DNA from: a virus
Lineage: Duplodnaviria; Caudoviricetes
DNA: 31,088 bases
IMG/VR virus record: IMGVR_UViG_3300020138_000015
Coordinates: 1-31,088 of that record
Reading direction: 5' to 3' (one strand)
Shown here: positions 1 to 7,117 of the stretch, piece after piece
How positions within the stretch are numbered: position 1 is the first letter of the stretch
How the letters are laid out: the number at the start of each line of letters is the position of its first letter
The notes under the pieces: model-generated
Databases searched by the model: none
Told to the model about the DNA's origin: nothing
What the model saw: the letters and a program-made list of their open reading frames with translations, nothing else
Program-made: the position numbers and the translations under genes

Positions 1-267
1 GCCCCGAGACAGCAAAGAACGCGCCAGACGCTCATTCGCTCCGATGAAGTGCCATTCACCGTCCTTGGAGTCCAATTCGGGGTTATCAGTAACCAAGTAG
101 TAGGTGTCTTCCGTCGAAAAGATTTCGGCAACATGCGACGGGAGCGGGCCAACAACAACGACAGCATCCTTCGTCACATTTTCCTTGAAAGCCCCGTCAT
201 CGCGGGGATGCAGGACATTGAGGGGTTGCCCGTACAAGCTGACGGGAGGCATAGGTTTAGTCACCAT
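1..267 (-). CDS. Hypothetical protein, 3'-truncated by window edge (not in ORF track)
   Basis: ATG at 267 preceded by GGAG, overlapping the o-spanin end. Open for 89 codons (MVTKPMPPVSLYGQPLNVLHPRDDGAF...) to position 1. Confidence 0.7.
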   Translation of the reverse strand, partial: MVTKPMPPVSLYGQPLNVLHPRDDGAFKENVTKDAVVVVGPLPSHVAEIFSTEDTYYLVTDNPELDSKDGEWHFIGANERLARSLLSRG

Positions 268-517
268 TGTTTTCTTCTCCTTCAAAGCAGAATTTCTGAT
301 ACTTGCGGTTGTGCGAAGCTATCTGCTCAACGTCATTCCTTGGCCCCGGAACGAGAATGTTATTGCCAAGGAATTGCAAGGTTTCATCTGACAAGTAAAT
401 GGGTTCTACCCATTCACATCCGTTTGTCGGCGTCCCCGGAAGGCTTTGGGGCTGGCCTAATACGGCGCAATTCGTCAATAAGCTGATCGCCAGAAGCAAG
501 GGCAACCTCGTTATCAA
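257..517 (-). CDS. Outer-membrane spanin (Rz1-like lipoprotein)
   Basis: Probable TTG start at 517, hydrophobic signal with lipobox-like LLTNC, then CEWVEPIY...QIASHN..Y..FC typical of o-spanins. Overlaps the i-spanin 3' end in another frame. Confidence 0.8.
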   Translation of the reverse strand: MITRLPLLLAISLLTNCAVLGQPQSLPGTPTNGCEWVEPIYLSDETLQFLGNNILVPGPRNDVEQIASHNRKYQKFCFEGEENNGD

Positions 518-692
518 TTTCCGAGGCGTATCCTGCCCGAGTAAGTGCGTCCTTGACGCCTTTGAGTTCTGCATATTGCGCCCCCGCAGAAATGTTGGCC
601 GCGTCCCTGTTGCGCTGTTCGAGATAAGTGTTCACTTGTCCAAGCAACGCAGCAAAGAACGCGGCCAATAAGTCGAGGAAAACCTTGTACAT
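414..692 (-). CDS. Inner-membrane spanin (Rz-like)
   Basis: Start revised to ATG 692 (MYKVFLDLLAAFFAALLG). N-terminal TM segment followed by a helical domain, overlapped by a lipoprotein gene, at the end of the lysis cassette. Confidence 0.75.
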   Translation of the reverse strand: MYKVFLDLLAAFFAALLGQVNTYLEQRNRDAANISAGAQYAELKGVKDALTRAGYASEIDNEVALASGDQLIDELRRIRPAPKPSGDADKRM

Positions 693-693
693 T

Positions 694-1269
694 CTAGGCC
701 GGTCTGTTCTCGTTATTGAGGGTATTGCCGAGAGGCAACTGTTCCTGATCGTCGTCGTCCCACGTTCCAACGGACGTGTCGTACTTGGACAAGCGGGACA
801 GGACGATGTTTTCCAACGTATCCCGATCCCCGATGCCGAGGGCCTTGAGGCCGTCAGGAACAGCGTTGATGATGTGGTTCACCGCCGTAGCGACAAGCTC
901 GTTTCTCGTGGACAGTTTTGTCCAGTCAAGGCTTGTCGTCTTCTCGATGGCGGCGAGAACCGCATTGTCAATGGCCGAAGTCACGTAACCCCGGATGATG
1001 TGTTCCTGCTGCGTGAGGTCAAGCGACGTTGACGACTTGATCTTATTTATCACCCACCTTGTCGCCCAAGTAGCGAGCGCAGCAAAGACAGCGCCGATTG
1101 CCAGAATGACTTGACTGATGATGGGGGAAAAGTCGATGACTTGAGTTGGCTGTACTGCGTTGCCGCTGACGGCTGTGTCGGCAAGGACTCCTGTAGCGGC
1201 AAGGATACAGACGAAGAAGGCGAGTAAGCAGAGGGCGGTATAGGCGGCAATGGCTCGAAAGGCTGACAT
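694..1269 (-). CDS. Lysis-cassette membrane protein (putative holin/antiholin)
   Basis: Start revised to ATG 1269 after GGAG. Two hydrophobic segments followed by a soluble helical domain (AVNHIINAVPDGLKALG). Lies between endolysin and spanins. Confidence 0.6.
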   Translation of the reverse strand: MSAFRAIAAYTALCLLAFFVCILAATGVLADTAVSGNAVQPTQVIDFSPIISQVILAIGAVFAALATWATRWVINKIKSSTSLDLTQQEHIIRGYVTSAIDNAVLAAIEKTTSLDWTKLSTRNELVATAVNHIINAVPDGLKALGIGDRDTLENIVLSRLSKYDTSVGTWDDDDQEQLPLGNTLNNENRPA

Positions 1270-1757
1270 TCTTTTTTCTCCGTAGTTGTAAGCGACGTTG
1301 CGGGTTCTGTCGTACGCACCATACGCCCGAAACTGTCGAGCGATAACCACGCAACATAGTCGATGACCGGGCAAGCCTTGGCAGCTACCTCACAGTGCCC
1401 GTGAAAAGTCACCTTTCCGGGTCCGTAGGCGTCGTCAATCTCCCCACATAGTTTCACGAGGCTGGTACGTTGCGCCTCGGTGAATTTCGTCTTGACAAGC
1501 CCGTGCAGGCATATGGCGATGGTGCCTGTATTATTCCCCGCTTGTGCGGCAGGTGTTACTTCGAGCGGTCGCCCACTCTGCACCGTTCCATCTTTCTTGA
1601 TGAAAAAGTGGTATCCAACATCCGACCACCCATTGCCAGCAGGCGGCGGGTCCGTATGCCACTTACGCATAACCGACACGTCATCGTGCTGTGGGAGGTC
1701 AGACGCCGAACAGTGAACAAAAACTCTCGTAACTTGTCTTTTCGGTTTCTGGAACAT
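1050..1757 (-). CDS. Endolysin, N-acetylmuramoyl-L-alanine amidase (Amidase_2 / T7 lysozyme-like)
   Basis: Motifs HCSA, GWSDVGYHFFI..DG.V..GR, IAICLHG, FT..Q, HGH and KACP supply the Zn ligands and catalytic Tyr/Lys. S/P-rich C-terminal tail. Confidence 0.93.
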   Translation of the reverse strand: MFQKPKRQVTRVFVHCSASDLPQHDDVSVMRKWHTDPPPAGNGWSDVGYHFFIKKDGTVQSGRPLEVTPAAQAGNNTGTIAICLHGLVKTKFTEAQRTSLVKLCGEIDDAYGPGKVTFHGHCEVAAKACPVIDYVAWLSLDSFGRMVRTTEPATSLTTTEKKECQPFEPLPPIPPSAYSPSSSVSLPLQESLPTQPSAATQYSQLKSSTFPPSSVKSFWQSALSLLRSLLGRQGG

Positions 1758-1764
1758 AAGTCAC

Positions 1765-2151
1765 CTACATGATTTGAGAGGCCGAGCGGGCTATAAGCCA
1801 CGCAAAGAAGGCGGCAAGATAGACCACCATCCAGCTTTTTTTCCCCAATGCCCTCACAAATGCGTAAAGGAGCATAAAGCCCCCCAACGCATAGCCGACT
1901 TTCATCCCGACCAAGAACCAAAGATCGTAATTATCAGGCGTCAGTCCGACAACCGACATATACCAGAAATAGGTGTTCTCTGCCATATTCACAAAGAACA
2001 TGATGGAGATACCGGCTATCAGCATGAACAGATGGTGTTGACTAAGTTTGTCGCGCAACAGAACCCACGTCCAATACGAATACGCCAACACAACGAAAAT
2101 ACCATTCACTTGCACTGGTGCGTAGAGCGTTTGCAGTATCCATTCGTTCAT
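1765..2151 (-). CDS. Four-TM membrane protein, holin candidate
   Basis: 128 aa with about four hydrophobic helices, immediately upstream of the endolysin, ATGA-coupled to the preceding gene. Confidence 0.6.
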   Translation of the reverse strand: MNEWILQTLYAPVQVNGIFVVLAYSYWTWVLLRDKLSQHHLFMLIAGISIMFFVNMAENTYFWYMSVVGLTPDNYDLWFLVGMKVGYALGGFMLLYAFVRALGKKSWMVVYLAAFFAWLIARSASQIM

Positions 2152-2333
2152 CGCACTTTTCCACTACTCGAAAGAGTTTTTTGAAGGCTGTCGAGCGCCC
2201 CTATAAGGTTAGCCCGTTTTTCTTCGTGTCTCTGTTCCATTAAACGAGACGGGCGAAGATCATCGCGCATTTCGCGGCGATCTTCTACATGCTTCTTTAT
2301 TGAGCCAATAAGTTGCTGCATAGCCCGCTTCAT
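2148..2333 (-). CDS. Small charged hypothetical protein in lysis cassette
   Basis: 61 aa, fills the gap between flanking genes with a 4-nt spacer and a 4-nt overlap. Confidence 0.6.
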   Translation of the reverse strand: MKRAMQQLIGSIKKHVEDRREMRDDLRPSRLMEQRHEEKRANLIGALDSLQKTLSSSGKVR

Positions 2334-2337
2334 CGCG

Positions 2338-2592
2338 TTACTTACCGCTATAGGTTGTCAAGCCTTGAATACGTGTCTCAAGCGCACGGATAACACCAGT
2401 GAGTTGCTGTTGCACGCTGATGCTCTCTTTCAGCAAGGAGTTGTACGCCTTCCATGCCTCTCTGCGATCCTTGCGCTCAAGATAGTACAGGAAGGATGCC
2501 CCAAGCGCCACGAGGAATAGAACGCTGGACGTAATGCCCGCTTCCTGCGTGATACGCTCGAACAGCGTCAATGTTAGGTCTTGGGGTGCCAT
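2338..2592 (-). CDS. Single-TM plus coiled-coil protein, holin/antiholin-like
   Basis: 84 aa, one TM (ITSSVLFLVALGASFLYY) followed by a basic helical tail. First gene of the lysis cassette. Confidence 0.6.
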   Translation of the reverse strand: MAPQDLTLTLFERITQEAGITSSVLFLVALGASFLYYLERKDRREAWKAYNSLLKESISVQQQLTGVIRALETRIQGLTTYSGK

Positions 2593-2664
2593 GTTCCCTA
2601 TCGCTTCGTTTCGCTTTTTACGATTTCGGGAACGCGATAGGCCGATAAGGCGGCTGGTGATTAA

Positions 2665-2707
2665 TTCCCTCTGTGAGCGACTATAACACGCACACTCACA
2701 GAGGGAA
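2665..2707 (-). promoter_or_regulatory. 13-bp inverted repeat enclosing an extended -10-like element upstream of lysis genes
   Basis: TTCCCTCTGTGAG (2665-2677) / CTCACAGAGGGAA (2695-2707). The 17-nt spacer contains TGTTATAGT on the minus strand (2688-2680). Confidence 0.5.
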
Positions 2708-2728
2708 AGTCGTCGTTTCAGTCAGCGT

Positions 2729-2744
2729 TAGCAAACGTTTGCTA
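2729..2744. repeat. 16-bp palindrome TAGCAAACGTTTGCTA, exact copy 1
   Basis: Read directly. Begins 2 nt after the TAA stop of 2747..3016. Confidence 0.95.
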
Positions 2745-2746
2745 GA

Positions 2747-3016
2747 TTAATCGTCCGGGGAAGTTACTGGCGTGAACGCAATATCGTACGTCTCACCGAT
2801 ATTGAAAAACTCAACCGCTGCCGGGTTCGTAATCAGCATCTTGATTTCGCCCTGCGGTGTGTACTGCGACCACGGCTTGTTTTCATCCCCGTAAACGGGA
2901 CGAAGTGTCACTTCTGCACTTTGCGGTTCATCCTGTGAACCGGGTTTGCGCGCCTGTGACGCTGAATGGCGGATGTCTTGGCACCAAAACCGTGCGAGGA
3001 CTTTACCAACTGTCAT
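2747..3016 (-). CDS. Conserved phage hypothetical protein (89 aa)
   Basis: Strong RBS TAAGGAG. The pattern ARF...V.L.PV...EN..W...TP.GEI.M.ITNP.A..FF..G..Y...FTP resembles a small phage protein family I recall. Bracketed by palindrome copies. Confidence 0.85.
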   Translation of the reverse strand: MTVGKVLARFWCQDIRHSASQARKPGSQDEPQSAEVTLRPVYGDENKPWSQYTPQGEIKMLITNPAAVEFFNIGETYDIAFTPVTSPDD

Positions 3017-3068
3017 TTTACTCTCCTTATTATAGCCGTACTTATGCCGGTACGGTTACGGCACACGT

Positions 3069-3084
3069 TAGCAAACGTTTGCTA
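3069..3084. repeat. 16-bp palindrome, exact copy 2 (extends to a 22-bp palindrome at 3066-3087)
   Basis: CGTTAGCAAACGTTTGCTAACG. Supplies the TAG stop of 3082..3525. Confidence 0.95.
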
Positions 3085-3525
3085 ACGGTATTTCTTGAAG
3101 ATCGCGGCCTTCCAGTAGCTCAACGTCATGGCCCTGCGAAAGAAATTGTCGGGGAGAAGGTGATACCACCTATAACCAAGATCATCCCTGTAGTATCGCC
3201 TAGACCACGGAATATCTCCGATAGCCGCTCCGGTCGCCGCGCGGCGGCATGGCGCATGTTTCTGTGCGTCCATCCACTTTTTAGATTTTCTATACCAATC
3301 CGTTGACCCTATCGGGTGGCCCCGAAGATCATCCCGAATGATGCGATATTCGATATACCGGCTGCGGGCGTCGAGAAGCTGTAACACCACAAAGAAGGCG
3401 ACATAGCACCAGAGGATCGTGGAGCCGAGATACCACGCAAGCGCGGAAGCCGGTAGCTGGTGTGCTACGGTGAACACCCCTTGCATGTAGAAGGCGTAAG
3501 CCATTGATCGAATGTTATCAAACAT
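3082..3525 (-). CDS. Hypothetical membrane protein (147 aa)
   Basis: Start revised to ATG 3525 (AGAGGA RBS, overlapping the Coq4 stop). N-terminal hydrophobic segments, then DARSRY.EY and LGYRWYHLLPD motifs. Confidence 0.75.
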   Translation of the reverse strand: MFDNIRSMAYAFYMQGVFTVAHQLPASALAWYLGSTILWCYVAFFVVLQLLDARSRYIEYRIIRDDLRGHPIGSTDWYRKSKKWMDAQKHAPCRRAATGAAIGDIPWSRRYYRDDLGYRWYHLLPDNFFRRAMTLSYWKAAIFKKYR

Positions 3526-4291
3526 AAGCCATATTCCTCTTGGCTGGCGGTAGATATTTCTTGGGGGTTTTAACAAAGAACGCGGATCGTACAACGGCCA
3601 TTTCCGCCCCGAGGAAATAGTGCCACTCAACGTCGAATAGCTGCGATGCACTCTTTCCGTTCCTGTAGGCTTCCCAAAGGACGGAAAGAACATGACGGAC
3701 ACCGTGTTCCGGTATCGAGTGCAACCCCAGCGCAACCATCAGCAAGAACGGCGCGGGAATTGGAAGCTGTGGGACAAGGAACGCATGAAGTGCGGCTTCC
3801 CCGAGCGGGTCCGACTCGTACCCTGAAATAACGTGCATCAAGTCATGCTGCCACGCCACTTGATCGAAAAACCTTTTCCCCTCGATGCGGAACGGAACAT
3901 CCCCACGAAACCACTTACGGTCAACTTGCGTTCCTTTATTGACAAGAGAATGAAAATCCTTGTCGGGGTCGTAACCATACCTAGAAACAAACTCACTGTA
4001 GGCTTCCCCAAGAGAGTGTCGGTCGTAAATGTTTCTTGTCAGGCGGGCGCTGGAAAGGAACTTGGCAAGACTGCACTCTTGCTCTGTCAGCAGCTTCCGA
4101 GCCGTGGAACTGTCCCGCAAGAGTTTCTTGATAAAACGCGGGGCAAAGAACGGCATCGCCGTCCCGCCATACACGAATATGGCGTCTACACTATTCCCGT
4201 CCCCTGTGCGGAAAATGTGCCACAAAGATGTGAGCGCATCGCGCCAAGCCCGAAGAAGACCGGCAAAAGTCATAAGAGAGTTACCACGCAT
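3518..4291 (-). CDS. Coq4-family (ubiquinone biosynthesis COQ4-like) metal-binding protein
   Basis: Start revised to ATG 4291 (GGAGG RBS). HDLMHVISGYESDPLGEAAL matches the HDxxH-x11-E Coq4 signature. SLGEAY upstream and AYRNGK.A..LF.V.W...L......VR downstream fit the family pattern. Confidence 0.8.
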   Translation of the reverse strand: MRGNSLMTFAGLLRAWRDALTSLWHIFRTGDGNSVDAIFVYGGTAMPFFAPRFIKKLLRDSSTARKLLTEQECSLAKFLSSARLTRNIYDRHSLGEAYSEFVSRYGYDPDKDFHSLVNKGTQVDRKWFRGDVPFRIEGKRFFDQVAWQHDLMHVISGYESDPLGEAALHAFLVPQLPIPAPFLLMVALGLHSIPEHGVRHVLSVLWEAYRNGKSASQLFDVEWHYFLGAEMAVVRSAFFVKTPKKYLPPAKRNMAYV

Positions 4292-5018
4292 GTTGCCCCT
4301 CCGGTAGCTGTGTGCGCCACGCGATGACGGTTTCATTGATCGCGGTTATCTTGACCGTCCCACTTTCCGTAAAATTGGCCGCTTCCATACGATTTAGCGG
4401 GGCGTCATTACAGAAAACATCGTTGTTGAACGGGATCACGTAGGTTGTCCGGCAACCCTCGTCTTTAGTGATTTCGATTTCATTCCCTTTTTCGAGAATT
4501 ATTATCTTGTCATTCCATTCCCGAATTGACGGGCTAAGGATGCAGGCCAACGCGAGGCCGTCTTCGTATGCCTCGAAGCGGGATCGCATATCCAAGTTCC
4601 ACGGCACAGTGTTTTGCAGCCATACATTTTTCGGACGTATGGTCAAGTCAAGCACCCGAGAAATGACGCGATTGTCGAAATCGAACAACAGCGGTTCGCA
4701 GTATTCCTCGTAAGGAAGCGGGGCATTGTCGAGATTGGCTTGCAGGTACTCAATGTCGGCGTCTTGGCTTTCCTCCCAAAAGAAAGAAGACATTACCTTT
4801 CCGGCAATGCCGAAATAGTTTGAAGCCGCGCGGATCAAGCAATGGTAGTCTGGATGATAGGTCTTACCGTACTGTACGACGCCCGGAACGGCCTCCTTGT
4901 CGTACAGTTCGAGGTATTCCCCCTCTTTCGCGTCATAGAAAGACGACATAGCAAACAGATCATCGTACGAGTGGGGTACTGACCACTTGAAGTTAGTGCC
5001 GAATGTTGGCGTATCCAT
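4281..5018 (-). CDS. Hypothetical acidic protein (245 aa), possibly beta-rich/cupin-like C-terminus
   Basis: Long ORF tightly packed in the operon. No family recognised. Confidence 0.75.
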   Translation of the reverse strand: MDTPTFGTNFKWSVPHSYDDLFAMSSFYDAKEGEYLELYDKEAVPGVVQYGKTYHPDYHCLIRAASNYFGIAGKVMSSFFWEESQDADIEYLQANLDNAPLPYEEYCEPLLFDFDNRVISRVLDLTIRPKNVWLQNTVPWNLDMRSRFEAYEDGLALACILSPSIREWNDKIIILEKGNEIEITKDEGCRTTYVIPFNNDVFCNDAPLNRMEAANFTESGTVKITAINETVIAWRTQLPEGQHAW

Positions 5019-5023
5019 AGTCG

Positions 5024-5551
5024 TTAAACCTTTCTACTGGTCTTCTTGAAATGCGCTCGCGCCATAGCAACCGCTTCCTGATTTCTCGGGTCAACAGGGA
5101 CTTCCGGTTCCTGTACGTTTATCGTCGGCGGGGGTGGTGTCTGCAAGTCAACATCATATTCCGTTGACGCAAGATCGGCTAGATCATCGGTGGGTGTTGC
5201 TTCAAGACGCTGCTGTTCCATTTCAAACACATGCGTTGGGGCAGATCGAGCAATAAACTCAAGCAGCTTATCCTTTGCTATGTATTTCTTTTCCCCGTCG
5301 ATGACTTCCACGGGGATGTTGACGTTCAACGTCATATTCCCGTTTGGGTTCGGGTGCGGGGTTCTCTTGGTAACGATGACGGGTTTCCCCTTGTCGTCTA
5401 CCCCGTCCTGCACCTGAATTTCCTCGAACATATCTTCCTCTTTAACGAGGCCGAGAACAACAGGACCATACGGGTTGATATACTCAACCAGACAGTTCCC
5501 GTTCTCTGTATCGACCGAGTGAATACGAAACTTCACGTTTTTCGTGTGCAT
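5024..5551 (-). CDS. Hypothetical protein, possible adhesin/fibre chaperone
   Basis: GAGG RBS. Directly downstream of the glycine-rich adhesin, the usual position of fibre assembly factors. Function is inferred from synteny only. Confidence 0.6.
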   Translation of the reverse strand: MHTKNVKFRIHSVDTENGNCLVEYINPYGPVVLGLVKEEDMFEEIQVQDGVDDKGKPVIVTKRTPHPNPNGNMTLNVNIPVEVIDGEKKYIAKDKLLEFIARSAPTHVFEMEQQRLEATPTDDLADLASTEYDVDLQTPPPPTINVQEPEVPVDPRNQEAVAMARAHFKKTSRKV

Positions 5552-5561
5552 TTTGTTACCT

Positions 5562-6596
5562 CTATGAAGACAGTATCGCGCCTAGTCGGGTGCCGAAGGC
5601 TACCCAAACAATCGAATTTCCTGATGTAGCCCGAACAGCGTACCCAGCAGGACCGCCGGAACCTGTGTTGCCGGAGTTATACCTTACGGGGGAACCGGCA
5701 CTTACAGTCACAGAGCCGGGGGAAGCACTAGCTCCTATAGAGCCGTATCCTCCTCCGGGGCCACCGTTACCGCTTAGTGTTGTTCCGCGAAAGGTTCCAG
5801 CATTTCTGTACACTTCCGCTCTAGTGCCTTGCGCCCCCACTGTTAAGACGGTACTAGCTGCACCATGTCCAGCCTCAAATACGGTGCCCACCGTACCGCC
5901 AACGCTCTCCACGCTTCCACCACTAGTTATGTTAGAAAGCCCTCTCGTCCCTCCGTTAGCTCCGCCGATGCCGCCACCGCCACCTCCGCCAGACGTTGCG
6001 TCATATACGCTAGGATTTTTCCCGGATACATTCCACACAATAACAGAACTACATCCACCACCACCGCCGCCACCACCGCCTGCGATGACGTTGTTATTAG
6101 TTATACGTGTGCAATTATTATTTATATATAAGGCACCACCTGCGGATCCTCCGTTCTCCCCGTTCTGACCCATCACGCCGCCTACAGGATCATAACTATT
6201 CGCCCCCCTTCCACCATCACCACCCTTACCTACGATTAACCCGTTATTTATCAAATTAATAACGGAGTCCGCCGGATATGGTCCGCCCAAATCCATTGCG
6301 GGAGTAGCTACGGTATCTGAATATACAGCAACACCGGAATTAACGGTGATAGTTGCTTCTACGGGGTCAGTTCCGTTCCATCCCGCCGCTGTAAGTTCCG
6401 ACATAAGGTTATATCGGATGCGGTTAGATGTTATTGTGGCAGAGAAAAAGAACGCGGCAGAGAACACTTGACGCCATGTCGAGCCGTCCCGCTCGTAGCT
6501 TTTTTTGATAGCCCTCCAAGCAGTTGTATCCCGCACATACACTTTCTTGGCTTTACGCCAAGCTGATGCGTCCCGGATGCTCGTTACATTCGCCAT
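5562..6596 (-). CDS. Glycine-rich receptor-binding adhesin, T-even gp38-like
   Basis: INNGLIVGKGGDGG, GGALYINN...ITNNNVIAGGGGGGGGG and further poly-Gly runs resemble gp38 glycine-rich motifs. Trp-repeat N-terminus (AWR..AWR..TWR). Confidence 0.7.
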   Translation of the reverse strand: MANVTSIRDASAWRKAKKVYVRDTTAWRAIKKSYERDGSTWRQVFSAAFFFSATITSNRIRYNLMSELTAAGWNGTDPVEATITVNSGVAVYSDTVATPAMDLGGPYPADSVINLINNGLIVGKGGDGGRGANSYDPVGGVMGQNGENGGSAGGALYINNNCTRITNNNVIAGGGGGGGGGCSSVIVWNVSGKNPSVYDATSGGGGGGGIGGANGGTRGLSNITSGGSVESVGGTVGTVFEAGHGAASTVLTVGAQGTRAEVYRNAGTFRGTTLSGNGGPGGGYGSIGASASPGSVTVSAGSPVRYNSGNTGSGGPAGYAVRATSGNSIVWVAFGTRLGAILSS

Positions 6597-6609
6597 TACA
6601 GACCCCGTT

Positions 6610-6625
6610 TAGCAAACGTTTGCTA
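6610..6625. repeat. 16-bp palindrome, exact copy 3
   Basis: 1 nt after the TAA of 6627..7115. Part of a 25-bp direct repeat (6606-6630 = 8159-8183). Confidence 0.95.
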
Positions 6626-6626
6626 G

Positions 6627-7115
6627 TTAGTATTGATACCAAATGTCGCCTGCATTTCCACCAGACGGGGCGGCTGTAGACAGTGTGCGATTGCCATAAG
6701 CATTGGACGTGGAGGGGATAACCGCTCTCACCTTGAGCCAAGAGTTGTAATACCCCGAAGCGATTTCTTCGAGCGCCCCTTGAACATCTGTGGAGGAAAG
6801 TCCGGTTCCCGTGTTATCGAAGTCGATTTCTTCGGCTTCCGGTAGCCACTCAATGTCCTTGTACAAGGCATCAGCCATTTCTTTTGAAATGTACGTCTTG
6901 CTAAGATCGCCCACTTTAACCCATGTCGGGGTCGTGTCTTTCAGTTGGTACAGAACCCCATCGTCCGTATCAAAGAAAAACTGCCCGACAACGAGGTTTG
7001 TTGCAGGGGCGTTCGATCCCGAATAATTGGACTTCACGCTTTCATCGCGGGCGAGAAGATCGGCGCGGGAGGTTTGAACAGACTGCGAAGAAGGAACTGC
7101 GGGCCAAGATTGCAT
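6627..7115 (-). CDS. Short tail fibre/adaptor protein
   Basis: P..LVVGQFFFDTD, GLSSTDVQGALEEI and terminal APSGGNAGDIWYQY motifs are typical of fibre segments. Precedes the adhesin. Confidence 0.65.
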   Translation of the reverse strand: MQSWPAVPSSQSVQTSRADLLARDESVKSNYSGSNAPATNLVVGQFFFDTDDGVLYQLKDTTPTWVKVGDLSKTYISKEMADALYKDIEWLPEAEEIDFDNTGTGLSSTDVQGALEEIASGYYNSWLKVRAVIPSTSNAYGNRTLSTAAPSGGNAGDIWYQY

Positions 7116-7117
7116 GA

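Noticed and set aside
5960-6085. CCG/CCA-rich tandem repeats as a DNA repeat element or DGR variable region
   Set aside because: They simply encode the poly-Gly runs of the adhesin. No template/variable repeat pair or reverse transcriptase is seen.
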